Positions 7,048 to 15,182 of a stretch of 20,000 bases of DNA are shown here, piece by piece. Each line of letters starts with the position of its first letter. The stretch's first letter is position 1. Under the pieces are notes generated by a model. That model did not search any database and was not told the DNA's origin. It saw only the letters and a program-made list of their open reading frames with translations. The DNA is from an uncultured virus (IMG/VR IMGVR_UViG_3300024520_000058). Lineage: Duplodnaviria; Heunggongvirae; Uroviricota; Caudoviricetes. Made by a program: the position numbers and the translations under genes. Location of the stretch: the IMG/VR virus record IMGVR_UViG_3300024520_000058. One strand, written 5' to 3'.

Positions 7048-7589
7048 GTTTCTTCCTTTCTTCCCTCTAGCATACCCTTGGCTTCCATCAGTCTCAGAAG
7101 GTCCTCTATCTTGATGCAGATGTAGTCGATGTGTCCCTGCTCAGAATACTGATTCATCAAAAGCCCTGGGACCTTCTTGTCACCAGCTAGTCTAGTTACT
7201 CGAGAGAAAGCTTTCTGGAAGGACATGGAGTCATTCTTCTTCCAGAAGATCATCCGGTAGTCTGGTACCCAGAAAGCAAACTTAGAAAAGAACCACCTTT
7301 TCTCCACCACGGCATAGGACTGTCCTTCTCCGACTGCCCTGAACACCAGGATGGCTGGTTTATTTAGCTTCAGGGAATACTCTACCAGGTCAGCCATCCA
7401 TGCCCAAGGGCTCAGCTTAGTCCTCACCTTGGCATCGATGATCCATTCAGGCTCTGTACCATCAGCAGGAGCAGCATCTGCCTTCTCGTCTGTGCCCTTC
7501 ATCAATGCGCGCTGGTAGCCAAAGAGCTCAGCTATTTTCTGTTCATATTTTTTCCACGTCCTTGAATGCATCTCACTTCCTTTCATCAT
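7044..7589 (-). CDS. Holliday junction resolvase-like PD-(D/E)XK nuclease (Hjc-type)
   Basis: WKKYEQKIAELF...KAD...IIDAK...KPAILVFR...YAVV matches phage Hjc-like proteins; the true start may be ATG 7571. Confidence 0.65.
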   Translation of the reverse strand: MMKGSEMHSRTWKKYEQKIAELFGYQRALMKGTDEKADAAPADGTEPEWIIDAKVRTKLSPWAWMADLVEYSLKLNKPAILVFRAVGEGQSYAVVEKRWFFSKFAFWVPDYRMIFWKKNDSMSFQKAFSRVTRLAGDKKVPGLLMNQYSEQGHIDYICIKIEDLLRLMEAKGMLEGRKEET

Positions 7590-7828
7590 CTACTGTCAGG
7601 AACTATCTCGGAAATGCCCACTGCGCCATCCTCTAATATTATGTAAGGCCTGGCCTCGAGTGCCTCGACTCGCTTCTCCAGTTCCTTACACGTCTCAGAG
7701 CAACGAGGTGCGCCGGGGTTTGTCAGGATGCCATCCATACGACCTGCGATGTATAGAGCACCCATTAACGCAAGGAGTAACAGCAATATCGAACCAATCA
7801 GTATGGCAGAATGGTCTGGTATCTTCAA
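7586..7828 (-). CDS. Small single-pass membrane protein (80 aa)
   Basis: TTG start with SD AGGAGG; hydrophobic ILIGSILLLLLALMGALYIAG followed by short coiled coil ELEKRVEALE. Confidence 0.7.
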   Translation of the reverse strand: MKIPDHSAILIGSILLLLLALMGALYIAGRMDGILTNPGAPRCSETCKELEKRVEALEARPYIILEDGAVGISEIVPDSR

Positions 7829-7838
7829 CGCAACCTCC

Positions 7839-8705
7839 TTACAGAAACGTCGGTTGCCTTTCAGTCCTGGTCCTGGTCTTCTTCTTCCGATCCATGATCC
7901 AGCCAGACTGTATCCACTCAGTCACATAACCCCGGTAGTACTGTTTGTCTGTAATCAGATTCGTACAGTTTCGCTTGACGCAGACCTTAGCTCCCGACTC
8001 TTCAAGTGCTGTGGCCAGCTCAGTGATCTGAACAGGTGAAGGCTGTTGCTCAGGTGTCAAAACTCCACACGTATCAGCGCCGATGCTTACCATGTCCCAG
8101 GGTACCTGCAACAGGAGCTCCATAAACTTGTCCAGGTCCTTCCACTTCATCACCGGCTCGACGCTCAGCAGGAACTTGCAGCCCAATGGCTTGTCGGCAC
8201 TGGCGTAGACACGTTGCATCTCTACTGCCCTTGCATACGGTGATGGGGCCCTGCTCATGTCGCCATAGAGTTCCACGTCATCAGTTTCTATAGTAGTTGC
8301 CAACCAGGTGCTATCTGGCAGCTCCCCCAGGAATCTCTTGAACCTCTCAGGACCTTTACTCTGGAACAGAAACGTGGGCTTCTCCAGAAAAGCTGGTGTC
8401 ATCATGGTGGACAATCTGCAGTTGGTGAGCACCTGGGCAATATCATCATCAGCTACATTGGGATGCCACATATCCACAGCTGTCCCTATGAAATAAAACT
8501 TCCCTGATTTGTACTGAACATCCAGCTCATCTGGATACAACGTAAGAGGACCGCTGTAGTAAGGACTTTTTGAGCGATTACCAAACTTCATATAGCAATA
8601 TCTACACCCATATCCATGGAGTATTTCGGAGCAGCCTCCCTTGATTGGGTTGTGGCAGTGGCTGACAAAGCTATACATATTCCCTCTAGCATTAGTGATT
8701 GGCAT
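7839..8705 (-). CDS. Radical SAM-like protein, DUF5131 / phage Gp37-Gp68 related
   Basis: NPIKGGC-x8-CRYCY cysteine cluster, DMWHP, FLFQSKGPERF, WLATTIETD, LSVEPVM, VSIGADT. Confidence 0.75.
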   Translation of the reverse strand: MPITNARGNMYSFVSHCHNPIKGGCSEILHGYGCRYCYMKFGNRSKSPYYSGPLTLYPDELDVQYKSGKFYFIGTAVDMWHPNVADDDIAQVLTNCRLSTMMTPAFLEKPTFLFQSKGPERFKRFLGELPDSTWLATTIETDDVELYGDMSRAPSPYARAVEMQRVYASADKPLGCKFLLSVEPVMKWKDLDKFMELLLQVPWDMVSIGADTCGVLTPEQQPSPVQITELATALEESGAKVCVKRNCTNLITDKQYYRGYVTEWIQSGWIMDRKKKTRTRTERQPTFL

Positions 8706-8709
8706 GGCA

Positions 8710-9024
8710 TCATCCTTTCATGTTCCCAAAGAAGAAGTAGCTTTTCCCTGTGGTTCTGGGACGTCGCCTGATGGGATCAGGCCGGAAGTTGGGCTTAGCT
8801 CCCACCTCTTCCATGGTTATACCAGTGGCAGTCACCAGCTCCCCAACAGTAAAGGGCTCGCCAGCAGCGTTAGTTCGAACACCAATGTACCGTTGCAGAG
8901 CAGCCACCTCGTCAGCAGATACAGGGCCTACGGGAGCACCCGTATGCTGATCGATAATATCATGCATGGCTTCCTCTATCTTCGCGTGCCTGGCAACCTT
9001 GCTGGAATCGTGTTGTTTACCCAT
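8710..9024 (-). CDS. Hypothetical protein (104 aa)
   Basis: SD GGAGA; 8-bp overlap with the upstream gene. Confidence 0.65.
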   Translation of the reverse strand: MGKQHDSSKVARHAKIEEAMHDIIDQHTGAPVGPVSADEVAALQRYIGVRTNAAGEPFTVGELVTATGITMEEVGAKPNFRPDPIRRRPRTTGKSYFFFGNMKG

Positions 9025-10066
9025 TGTCTCTCCGATCTCGCGCCGCTATTTGCCGAAGTTGAGTACGCCAGTTAGGTCCAAGCGCTTGAGCTGCAGCTTG
9101 CATGTTTATATTGTTGCTAGGCGAAGCCATACCCGGTGACATCATCCCGCCCTGCAGCAGGCTTTGAGCCGTTGGGCCACCCATCCCACCTTGACTGCCA
9201 GCTCCCATATCCATGGAGTAAGGATCTCGCATGTAGGCAGGGCCCTGGGGCTGGACTATCTGTTGCTGAGGGATCTGAGGTTGCACAGGTACCGGAACAG
9301 GGGCAGGTCCTACCCCTGGGGGGCCCGTATACCCTGGTGGGTAGCTTGCCGCGAACTGTTGCTGTAGCACTGGCAGCTCTGGCGGTGGAAGAGGGTTGAA
9401 GCCTTCGTTTGGCCCCGGCATGGGCGCTCCCGGAACGGGCCCGGGTGGCAGTGGCGGTGGAATGTTTTCCTCTCTATACTGATTCATCCACTGCATGAAC
9501 AGTTCGTACATCTGCCTACTATGCTGTGGATCAGGAGTATTCACAGGACTCACAGGAAGTACCCCTACAGCTTCTGCACGTGGATGAAAGTTAGGAATGT
9601 AACCAGCCGGAGGTTCCCCTGCAGGTACACGCGACTGTCCATACAGGGGTACCGGGGGCTGCTGCTGAGATCCTGCTACCTGATTCACGAAGGAAGGGAC
9701 TGACGACTTTGATTGTAGATCCTTTGGCATTAGTCGTCTATCTTTTTTACGAGGTAAGATCGTGGTGGGATCAGGTACCAGGTCCTCTGCAGTTGGAGCA
9801 CCTGACTTAACAGGAACTTCAGGTTGCTCCACATCCGGAGAAGTGGCAATGGTCTTCTCCGGAACTTCCGGCTCAAATACTAAGCCGTTCTTAGTGTAAT
9901 GTGGTAAGCCATAGGTTAAAATTGCTTCTACTATCTGCGACCGCCCATGCCTGGTCTCCGATACTACATTACCCAGCAACTCCAGGAGCGGAAGTGTCAA
10001 TGAGAACCCGCTCTTTTTCTTGGGTATCCTGGGGGTCGCTGGTTTTTTCAAAGTTTGTTTGGCCAT
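9017..10066 (-). CDS. Putative ribbon-helix-helix DNA-binding protein with long Pro/Gln/Gly-rich disordered tail
   Basis: SD AGGAGG. Residues ~16-54 (KKKSGFSLTLPLLELLGNVVSETRHGRSQIVEAILTYGL) fit the CopG/Arc pattern; the rest is low complexity. Confidence 0.65.
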   Translation of the reverse strand: MAKQTLKKPATPRIPKKKSGFSLTLPLLELLGNVVSETRHGRSQIVEAILTYGLPHYTKNGLVFEPEVPEKTIATSPDVEQPEVPVKSGAPTAEDLVPDPTTILPRKKDRRLMPKDLQSKSSVPSFVNQVAGSQQQPPVPLYGQSRVPAGEPPAGYIPNFHPRAEAVGVLPVSPVNTPDPQHSRQMYELFMQWMNQYREENIPPPLPPGPVPGAPMPGPNEGFNPLPPPELPVLQQQFAASYPPGYTGPPGVGPAPVPVPVQPQIPQQQIVQPQGPAYMRDPYSMDMGAGSQGGMGGPTAQSLLQGGMMSPGMASPSNNINMQAAAQALGPNWRTQLRQIAARDRRDNG

Positions 10067-10075
10067 GTTTGCCTC

Positions 10076-10429
10076 CTATGCGATTGCGGTCTGCAACACT
10101 TCCCTCATACGATTTTCCCAGAAGACCTCTCCCTCTGCAAGTTCAGCTGCCGTCAGGGTTTCCTCCTCAACCGACCTGCCATCGAAGACAATCCTCTGCC
10201 AGACGTCTTTGAATGCCATAGCCCGCGCCTGGCAATGTTGGAATCCATTAGTGTCCCGCGCCTTTGCTTTCAGATTGGCATCTTCCCTGGCAGCTACCAT
10301 CTGACCGTATGCCCACAGGCCAAACCTGTCGGCCACGGCATTTATGAGGTCATCTACGCTTTGTTCCAGCAGGTCTCCACTGGCTAATTCCTCCATAATA
10401 TCTCGAACACTTTCCTCAAATATCCCCAT
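10076..10429 (-). CDS. Hypothetical protein (~117 aa)
   Basis: ATG 10429 or TTG 10438, both with purine-rich upstream sequence; helical composition. Confidence 0.7.
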   Translation of the reverse strand: MGIFEESVRDIMEELASGDLLEQSVDDLINAVADRFGLWAYGQMVAAREDANLKAKARDTNGFQHCQARAMAFKDVWQRIVFDGRSVEEETLTAAELAEGEVFWENRMREVLQTAIA

Positions 10430-10534
10430 CTTCCTCAATTCCTTTCCTCAATCCCTCAATCCCTTGAGGAGGCTCCTGCCGGGCACCACACCATCACATT
10501 CCAACCGGATAATGTTCCGACAGAAGCCAATGCG

Positions 10535-11053
10535 CTACTTGGTAAACTTTCCCCGGCGTATCTGCCGGAGACTCTCTATGGTATACTCAATTCCGAAATG
10601 CTCCTTTACCCAGAGCCGGATGGCCTTTTCTTCAGTATTGTCGTCTGGCCCTGCTACCCAGAGGCTGAGATGGATGTTATATGCAGGGTCCTCACAGCCT
10701 CTCTTCAATGTAAGCCAGTAGATGGGATACTCGTCCAGTCCCTTTATCCTGGCCTCCCTATCCTGACTGCACCAATGTGCGAACCTGGTGCCATCGTCCT
10801 TCACCCGCAGAGCCAGGTAGACATTAGTGATAGCCTTGAGATACTGTTCGAATCTTTTCTTCTCTTCATCATCAGCTATTTTCTTGTAGTCTAACGCTCC
10901 TTCTGCGTTCTCAAGTGTGCGAGGGTCTGCACCCCTATGACACTCTGGATCGGCAATAGCAACGAGATTGCGTAACATATTGACAAAGGGAATATGTAGG
11001 GTCTCATTCTTCTGTACTTTCTCCAGGATGCTCTTTTCCACTATCTTCTCCAC
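10535..11053 (-). CDS. Hypothetical protein (172 aa)
   Basis: GTG start with SD AAGGAG; fits the operon. Confidence 0.7.
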   Translation of the reverse strand: MEKIVEKSILEKVQKNETLHIPFVNMLRNLVAIADPECHRGADPRTLENAEGALDYKKIADDEEKKRFEQYLKAITNVYLALRVKDDGTRFAHWCSQDREARIKGLDEYPIYWLTLKRGCEDPAYNIHLSLWVAGPDDNTEEKAIRLWVKEHFGIEYTIESLRQIRRGKFTK

Positions 11054-11489
11054 TGTCAGCTCCTTTCACAGCAATCAGTTTTATTGGTACCCAATGCGGT
11101 TTGGTATAGGTCCTCCCTGTTTGCTTGGCAACAGGAAGCGGAACTCCACAAGACTGGATCCAGTAAACAGCCGGATCACAGGTTATGTAATCAATATGCC
11201 TCCCCATAGCCAAGGCAGTAATGGCCTCACAAAGTTCCAAACTCATGCCCTGCCATAACACGTGCATCCTATCCACATGTTTCAGTGAGTAGGTACCATA
11301 GTCAAGGAAGTAGCGCTGAACGGCAACGAAGTCTCGACCCTCGTCAGCTTTCTTGATGAACTCAAGAAGGCTCTGCTCACTCAGAGCCGGAGCTTCCAGG
11401 AATATCGGCAACCCCGTTTCCGGATCCTTCCGGTTGCTGTTCACCAACTTCTGTAGCGGCTGCTTGTGCGGTCGTTGCTGCTTGCTCAT
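11004..11489 (-). CDS. Conserved phage / pathogenicity-island-type hypothetical protein
   Basis: SD AGGAG. VLWQGMS-x3-C-x-AI...PAVY...LPVAK...YTKPHWVPI resembles, from memory, a widespread phage/SaPI family ending in YKxPHW(L/V)P. Confidence 0.65.
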   Translation of the reverse strand: MSKQQRPHKQPLQKLVNSNRKDPETGLPIFLEAPALSEQSLLEFIKKADEGRDFVAVQRYFLDYGTYSLKHVDRMHVLWQGMSLELCEAITALAMGRHIDYITCDPAVYWIQSCGVPLPVAKQTGRTYTKPHWVPIKLIAVKGADSGEDSGKEHPGESTEE

Positions 11490-12162
11490 GTGTGATCTCC
11501 TGACCTACTACAGCTGCCACATCCTGCGCTCCTGGCAACATGCCTGATGGAACAGCCGAGGGACCTCCAGCAGTGTGTCCCTGCAAGCACTCCATGCTGT
11601 GATAGCCTTCAGGCGTTCCTGACAAAACCATGCCCTCACTGTCGTACATCAACAGTCTGCCACACTCCGGAGCTTGACAACGTGCCAGGCGCTTGGCTCC
11701 ACGGATCACCAGCATCAGCTCATGCCAGCCACGTGCGATGCTGATGGCTCCAGGATTCGCACCCCCTAGATTACGGTAATAACCTTCTGCCTTGGCGGTT
11801 ATGTCGATCTGCTCTGCAGTAAGCTCGTTGGTTTGCATCAGAGTGTTTATCGCTATACACAGCTCTTCCAGATCATAGGCGAAAAGGTCTGTACCGTAGA
11901 GGCTTTCTATCTCAGGTGACGTGTTGGAATCAGTGCCTATGTCAACGTTCCAACGATGAATGAAGACTTCCAAGACCTTTACTTGTGGATACTGCTTCGA
12001 AGTCGCCCACTGGTCATACAGCATTGGCAGGACTTCACTCTCAGCTGTTCGTTGAAAGGTCTCCAGGAGGCGATGCCTTCCTGGAGTTCTCAGGAACTCT
12101 GCTAACGTCACTTCCAACGCCACCTCTGGGTTCTCAAATTTTCCGAAAAGTTCTGAACGCAT
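11377..12162 (-). CDS. Hypothetical protein with C-terminal Zn-finger-like motif (261 aa)
   Basis: SD AAGGAGG; RCQAPECGR...YHSMEC; the tail overlaps the next gene by 113 bp. Confidence 0.7.
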   Translation of the reverse strand: MRSELFGKFENPEVALEVTLAEFLRTPGRHRLLETFQRTAESEVLPMLYDQWATSKQYPQVKVLEVFIHRWNVDIGTDSNTSPEIESLYGTDLFAYDLEELCIAINTLMQTNELTAEQIDITAKAEGYYRNLGGANPGAISIARGWHELMLVIRGAKRLARCQAPECGRLLMYDSEGMVLSGTPEGYHSMECLQGHTAGGPSAVPSGMLPGAQDVAAVVGQEITHEQAATTAQAAATEVGEQQPEGSGNGVADIPGSSGSE

Positions 12163-12171
12163 AACGCCTCC

Positions 12172-12669
12172 TTATCCTAATCTAATTTTGTGCTCTTCGT
12201 ACTTTTTAGTGGTCCAGGAGTTGACCTCCCCATTACTATGTGTAAAAATGTCGGGGACAACGTAAAGCCCATCATCCTCAATCTGGAACTTAAAGGAAAG
12301 AGTCCCTACTGGAAATGGGCTTATCGTCTCAAGCTCTATGGAATGCCTCATCTTTTCTGCCGCCTCACTCAAACGCTCCAGGAAATCGGGAGACGCATCC
12401 TTCAGCTTCAGCTCCACCTTCTTACTGAGCGTCGCAGTTATCATCGTCTCTACTAGATTCCGGATGAAAGCAGGCTTGAACTCCACCATAGTGCTACCTG
12501 CCTTACGCTCCAAGACGCTCTGCTCCAGAAAGATACATCCTGCTTCATTGACGAGGGTTCGTAGACCAACATCGCTGCCATCCCACTTTACCAGGATGTG
12601 ATTGAATACCGAAGTGAAATACTCTTTCATCTGTTGATAGGCTGCATCATTTCCTTGCTCAAGGCCCAT
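12172..12669 (-). CDS. Hypothetical protein (165 aa)
   Basis: Start reassigned to ATG 12669 (SD GGAGG), immediately after the upstream stop. Confidence 0.7.
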   Translation of the reverse strand: MGLEQGNDAAYQQMKEYFTSVFNHILVKWDGSDVGLRTLVNEAGCIFLEQSVLERKAGSTMVEFKPAFIRNLVETMITATLSKKVELKLKDASPDFLERLSEAAEKMRHSIELETISPFPVGTLSFKFQIEDDGLYVVPDIFTHSNGEVNSWTTKKYEEHKIRLG

Positions 12670-12670
12670 A

Positions 12671-13036
12671 TCACTTCCCTCCAATCTGGATAGGTGGCTT
12701 GCCACCAAGTGGCTCCAGAGCTTTCAGTTGTTTACCGACACTAGCAAGCATTGAGAACATATACTCCAGGAACACAGCATGGCTCTCCTGGGCCTTCTCA
12801 AGAATCTCTTCCCTGTTGGGGAAATCAGCGAAATTCTCATTGGTACCCATGCTCTGGATGATGTCTCCACTTTTCACAAGACAGTTCTGAATCTGACTCA
12901 TGAGTACCAAATCAAACTCCATTGCCTTTCGTTTAATTACCTCCTCTTCACTGATGGGTTGCTGCGTAATCATTCTGAGGTCAAACTGGTTAGCGTCTTT
13001 AAAGTCGCCTGGGTTAGGCATCCGATTCTTGTCCAT
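12671..13036 (-). CDS. Hypothetical protein (121 aa)
   Basis: TAATG coupling with the upstream gene; SD AAGGAG. Confidence 0.72.
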   Translation of the reverse strand: MDKNRMPNPGDFKDANQFDLRMITQQPISEEEVIKRKAMEFDLVLMSQIQNCLVKSGDIIQSMGTNENFADFPNREEILEKAQESHAVFLEYMFSMLASVGKQLKALEPLGGKPPIQIGGK

Positions 13037-13248
13037 TACTGCTCCTTTTCTGAAAGCTGCTTCAGCTTCATTGTAGCCAACAGCTTTAGTGATGCTGCAG
13101 CTGACTTGAATATGAGTTCCCCAATAGGCATTTCGATAAGAAAGTCAGCAAATATCTCTATGCTCCTAGGATTTGGGTCTACGCCACGCTTGGCGAACTC
13201 ATTCTCCAAATCGGCTTGTGTGAAATGTATCAATACTCGGTCACTCAT
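13036..13248 (-). CDS. Hypothetical protein (70 aa)
   Basis: SD AAGGAG; fills the gap in the operon. Confidence 0.7.
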   Translation of the reverse strand: MSDRVLIHFTQADLENEFAKRGVDPNPRSIEIFADFLIEMPIGELIFKSAAASLKLLATMKLKQLSEKEQ

Positions 13249-13257
13249 AGGAACTCC

Positions 13258-13740
13258 TTACGACCACATCTCCAGATTCAGCTGAATGAGCTCATCCGCA
13301 AAGGGATCATGCTTCGGATGGATATGCTCACGCGGGTAAAGTTTGTGAAGCATCTCCTTCGCTTCAAAGTAAGGGATACGCAAAACCGTTGCTATGTATA
13401 CAGCCACAACAAAACACGACTGGCTCACGCCCTCATGACAATGAACAAACACATCCCAGGGCCCATTCTCCAGGAACTGCAATGCGGACAACGCATGTAT
13501 ATAGGCATAGATGCTGTTGTCGTCACCATCGTTAAGCCCTGCGTGAAGAAACATGACATCCCGAGGATGGGGATACTCCGGATAGTCATCTGCTACATCC
13601 AGGATGGCATAGCCTGAAGGACCTTTATGAATTGGCAGGTCTCCCAAATCCACATCGCCACCCATGAACTTATGGCATACTGCCTTCACCTCATCACCAG
13701 GGCCAATCCATATCTTCCCAAAGACCTTCTTAAGTTTCAT
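13258..13740 (-). CDS. Dual-specificity phosphatase-fold protein with degenerate P-loop (CX5R to CX5Q)
   Basis: KIWIG, AILDVA, GLNDG (acid loop), VFVHCHEGVSQSCFVVAVYIA; SD GGAGGT. Confidence 0.82.
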   Translation of the reverse strand: MKLKKVFGKIWIGPGDEVKAVCHKFMGGDVDLGDLPIHKGPSGYAILDVADDYPEYPHPRDVMFLHAGLNDGDDNSIYAYIHALSALQFLENGPWDVFVHCHEGVSQSCFVVAVYIATVLRIPYFEAKEMLHKLYPREHIHPKHDPFADELIQLNLEMWS

Positions 13741-13758
13741 TTCTTACCTCCGTGAACA

Positions 13759-13788
13759 ACTCTATCACAATAAGTTTCTTCCTGTCAA
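13759..13788 (-). promoter_or_regulatory. Sigma70-type promoter for the 13740-6165 operon
   Basis: TTGACA (13788-13783), 18 bp, TAGAGT (13764-13759), with TG of an extended -10, in an 80-bp intergenic gap with A-rich upstream sequence. Confidence 0.6.
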
Positions 13789-13820
13789 GAAACAATTTCT
13801 TCCTTTCTTCCAAGGTCTTC

Positions 13821-14123
13821 CTACTCCTGGTAATCTTTCTTCCCTTTCTCCTTTCTTCTGCGTTTTGCCTGGAAGTAAGCGCTCTTACAGGCAGGACTAT
13901 GGAACTTCTGATCCTTCCTGGAGAGGGGGAAGGATATCGTACAGTAAAGACATTTTCTCCTTACGGTCTTCTCCCTGCCCATGAACTGCTCCCAGATGAA
14001 ATCCCGCACCTTGTCCTGGTTTAGACAACAGTAGGTGTTGTCAGAGGAAAAGCACTTCTCCCTGTGCTCACCAGCTGGACGAGCGAATCCATCCAAAAGC
14101 CGTTCGAACTGTCCTCTATTCAT
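13821..14123 (-). CDS. Hypothetical protein with Zn-finger-like motif and basic tail
   Basis: CLYC...QKFHSPACK followed by KRRRKEKGKK; ATGA overlap with the upstream gene. Confidence 0.68.
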   Translation of the reverse strand: MNRGQFERLLDGFARPAGEHREKCFSSDNTYCCLNQDKVRDFIWEQFMGREKTVRRKCLYCTISFPLSRKDQKFHSPACKSAYFQAKRRRKEKGKKDYQE

Positions 14124-14815
14124 GACCTATTACCCTCTGTGAGCATAGCCAACGCTGTAGGTTTGCTATTTCTATCATCCATATCCGGGAGAACGATTTC
14201 CAACAGCTGGTTTGCACGCTCTTCGTGCTTGTCTCTCTCAAGCACCTCCTGGGTACGCAAGTCCCGCGGAGACTCCGTAGATTCAGGGAGGGCAGGTGGT
14301 TCGTGGTCAGGCAGCTGATTCAATCTCTCCTGCATAGTACGCATTGGTCTGCTGGGTATACACATGCCCAATCCAAAGGCATTGCTATACATCGCTCCCC
14401 GAAAATATGATGGGGTCTGGCGAAAACGCATATCATAGGGTCCGCCCCCGGGTCTGATTGAAGGTACCATCTGTTCCCTGTGAGCCGTAATTACAGGGGG
14501 CCTGGTCTCAGTCTCAGTCACCCAACCAGGTATCCTGTAATTGAGGCCTCGCCATGAGCCGTACTGACTCCGATCCTGCAGCAGGTAGTACCGACCCGTT
14601 GACCACGCGAAGAGCTGCAACACGCTCTGGTCTCCACCTGGATCTCCCAGGTCTACATGGATAGCAGGTACCCGCCTTCTGGACGTGACGCCCTCTACGC
14701 CAGTTCCCTGGAACCTGGCATGGTTCTGTACATACGCATCTACCTGGGGATCACTGATCCCCGTTCTCCTGGAAAAAGCAGCTATCGTCTGAGCCGGTTG
14801 TCTTATCTGATTCAT
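14120..14815 (-). CDS. Hypothetical protein (231 aa)
   Basis: Start reassigned to ATG 14815 (SD GAGGAGG). Confidence 0.62.
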   Translation of the reverse strand: MNQIRQPAQTIAAFSRRTGISDPQVDAYVQNHARFQGTGVEGVTSRRRVPAIHVDLGDPGGDQSVLQLFAWSTGRYYLLQDRSQYGSWRGLNYRIPGWVTETETRPPVITAHREQMVPSIRPGGGPYDMRFRQTPSYFRGAMYSNAFGLGMCIPSRPMRTMQERLNQLPDHEPPALPESTESPRDLRTQEVLERDKHEERANQLLEIVLPDMDDRNSKPTALAMLTEGNRS

Positions 14816-15167
14816 GTTTGCTTTCCTCCTCAATATGTGGGCACCCAAACAATGGTACCTGTCCTTTTCGAAGACCCGTCATCAACCCCTGAATATGTCT
14901 TAGCTCGTCGTGTAACTCTTCCAGGGTGCGTATAATACACGCTTCATACGTTATATCTCCCATTATAGATATAGGTCTATCAAGCGCCCCTTCTGGACAA
15001 GCCTTCAGGTCCTCAACAAATTCACTGTAGCTCTGCTGAAAACGCTCTGCCAGTACCAAAAACTCCGACCCTGGTTTTGTGAAGTCCAGGCCAACTTCTA
15101 CTGTAGTAAGCACCTTCGCCTTCAACTTCCCCCGGCGAAAGACCTTCTTTAGCCAGTTAAATCTCAT
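14751..15167 (-). CDS. Hypothetical protein (138 aa)
   Basis: SD-like AGGTGGTG upstream; N-terminal amphipathic MRFNWLKKVFRR. Confidence 0.65.
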   Translation of the reverse strand: MRFNWLKKVFRRGKLKAKVLTTVEVGLDFTKPGSEFLVLAERFQQSYSEFVEDLKACPEGALDRPISIMGDITYEACIIRTLEELHDELRHIQGLMTGLRKGQVPLFGCPHIEEESKHESDKTTGSDDSCFFQENGDQ

Positions 15168-15182
15168 TCCCCATCACCACCT

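Noticed and set aside
7586..7828. Membrane protein as holin or spanin
   Set aside because: It is 7 kb from the M15A peptidase, with no lysis cassette context or lipoprotein partner.
13871..13879. CUUACUUCC upstream of the 13788 promoter, complementary (one G-U) to the phosphatase SD GGAGGUAAG
   Set aside because: It lies in coding sequence and within a local stem, not a loop, so it cannot be separated from chance without conservation data.
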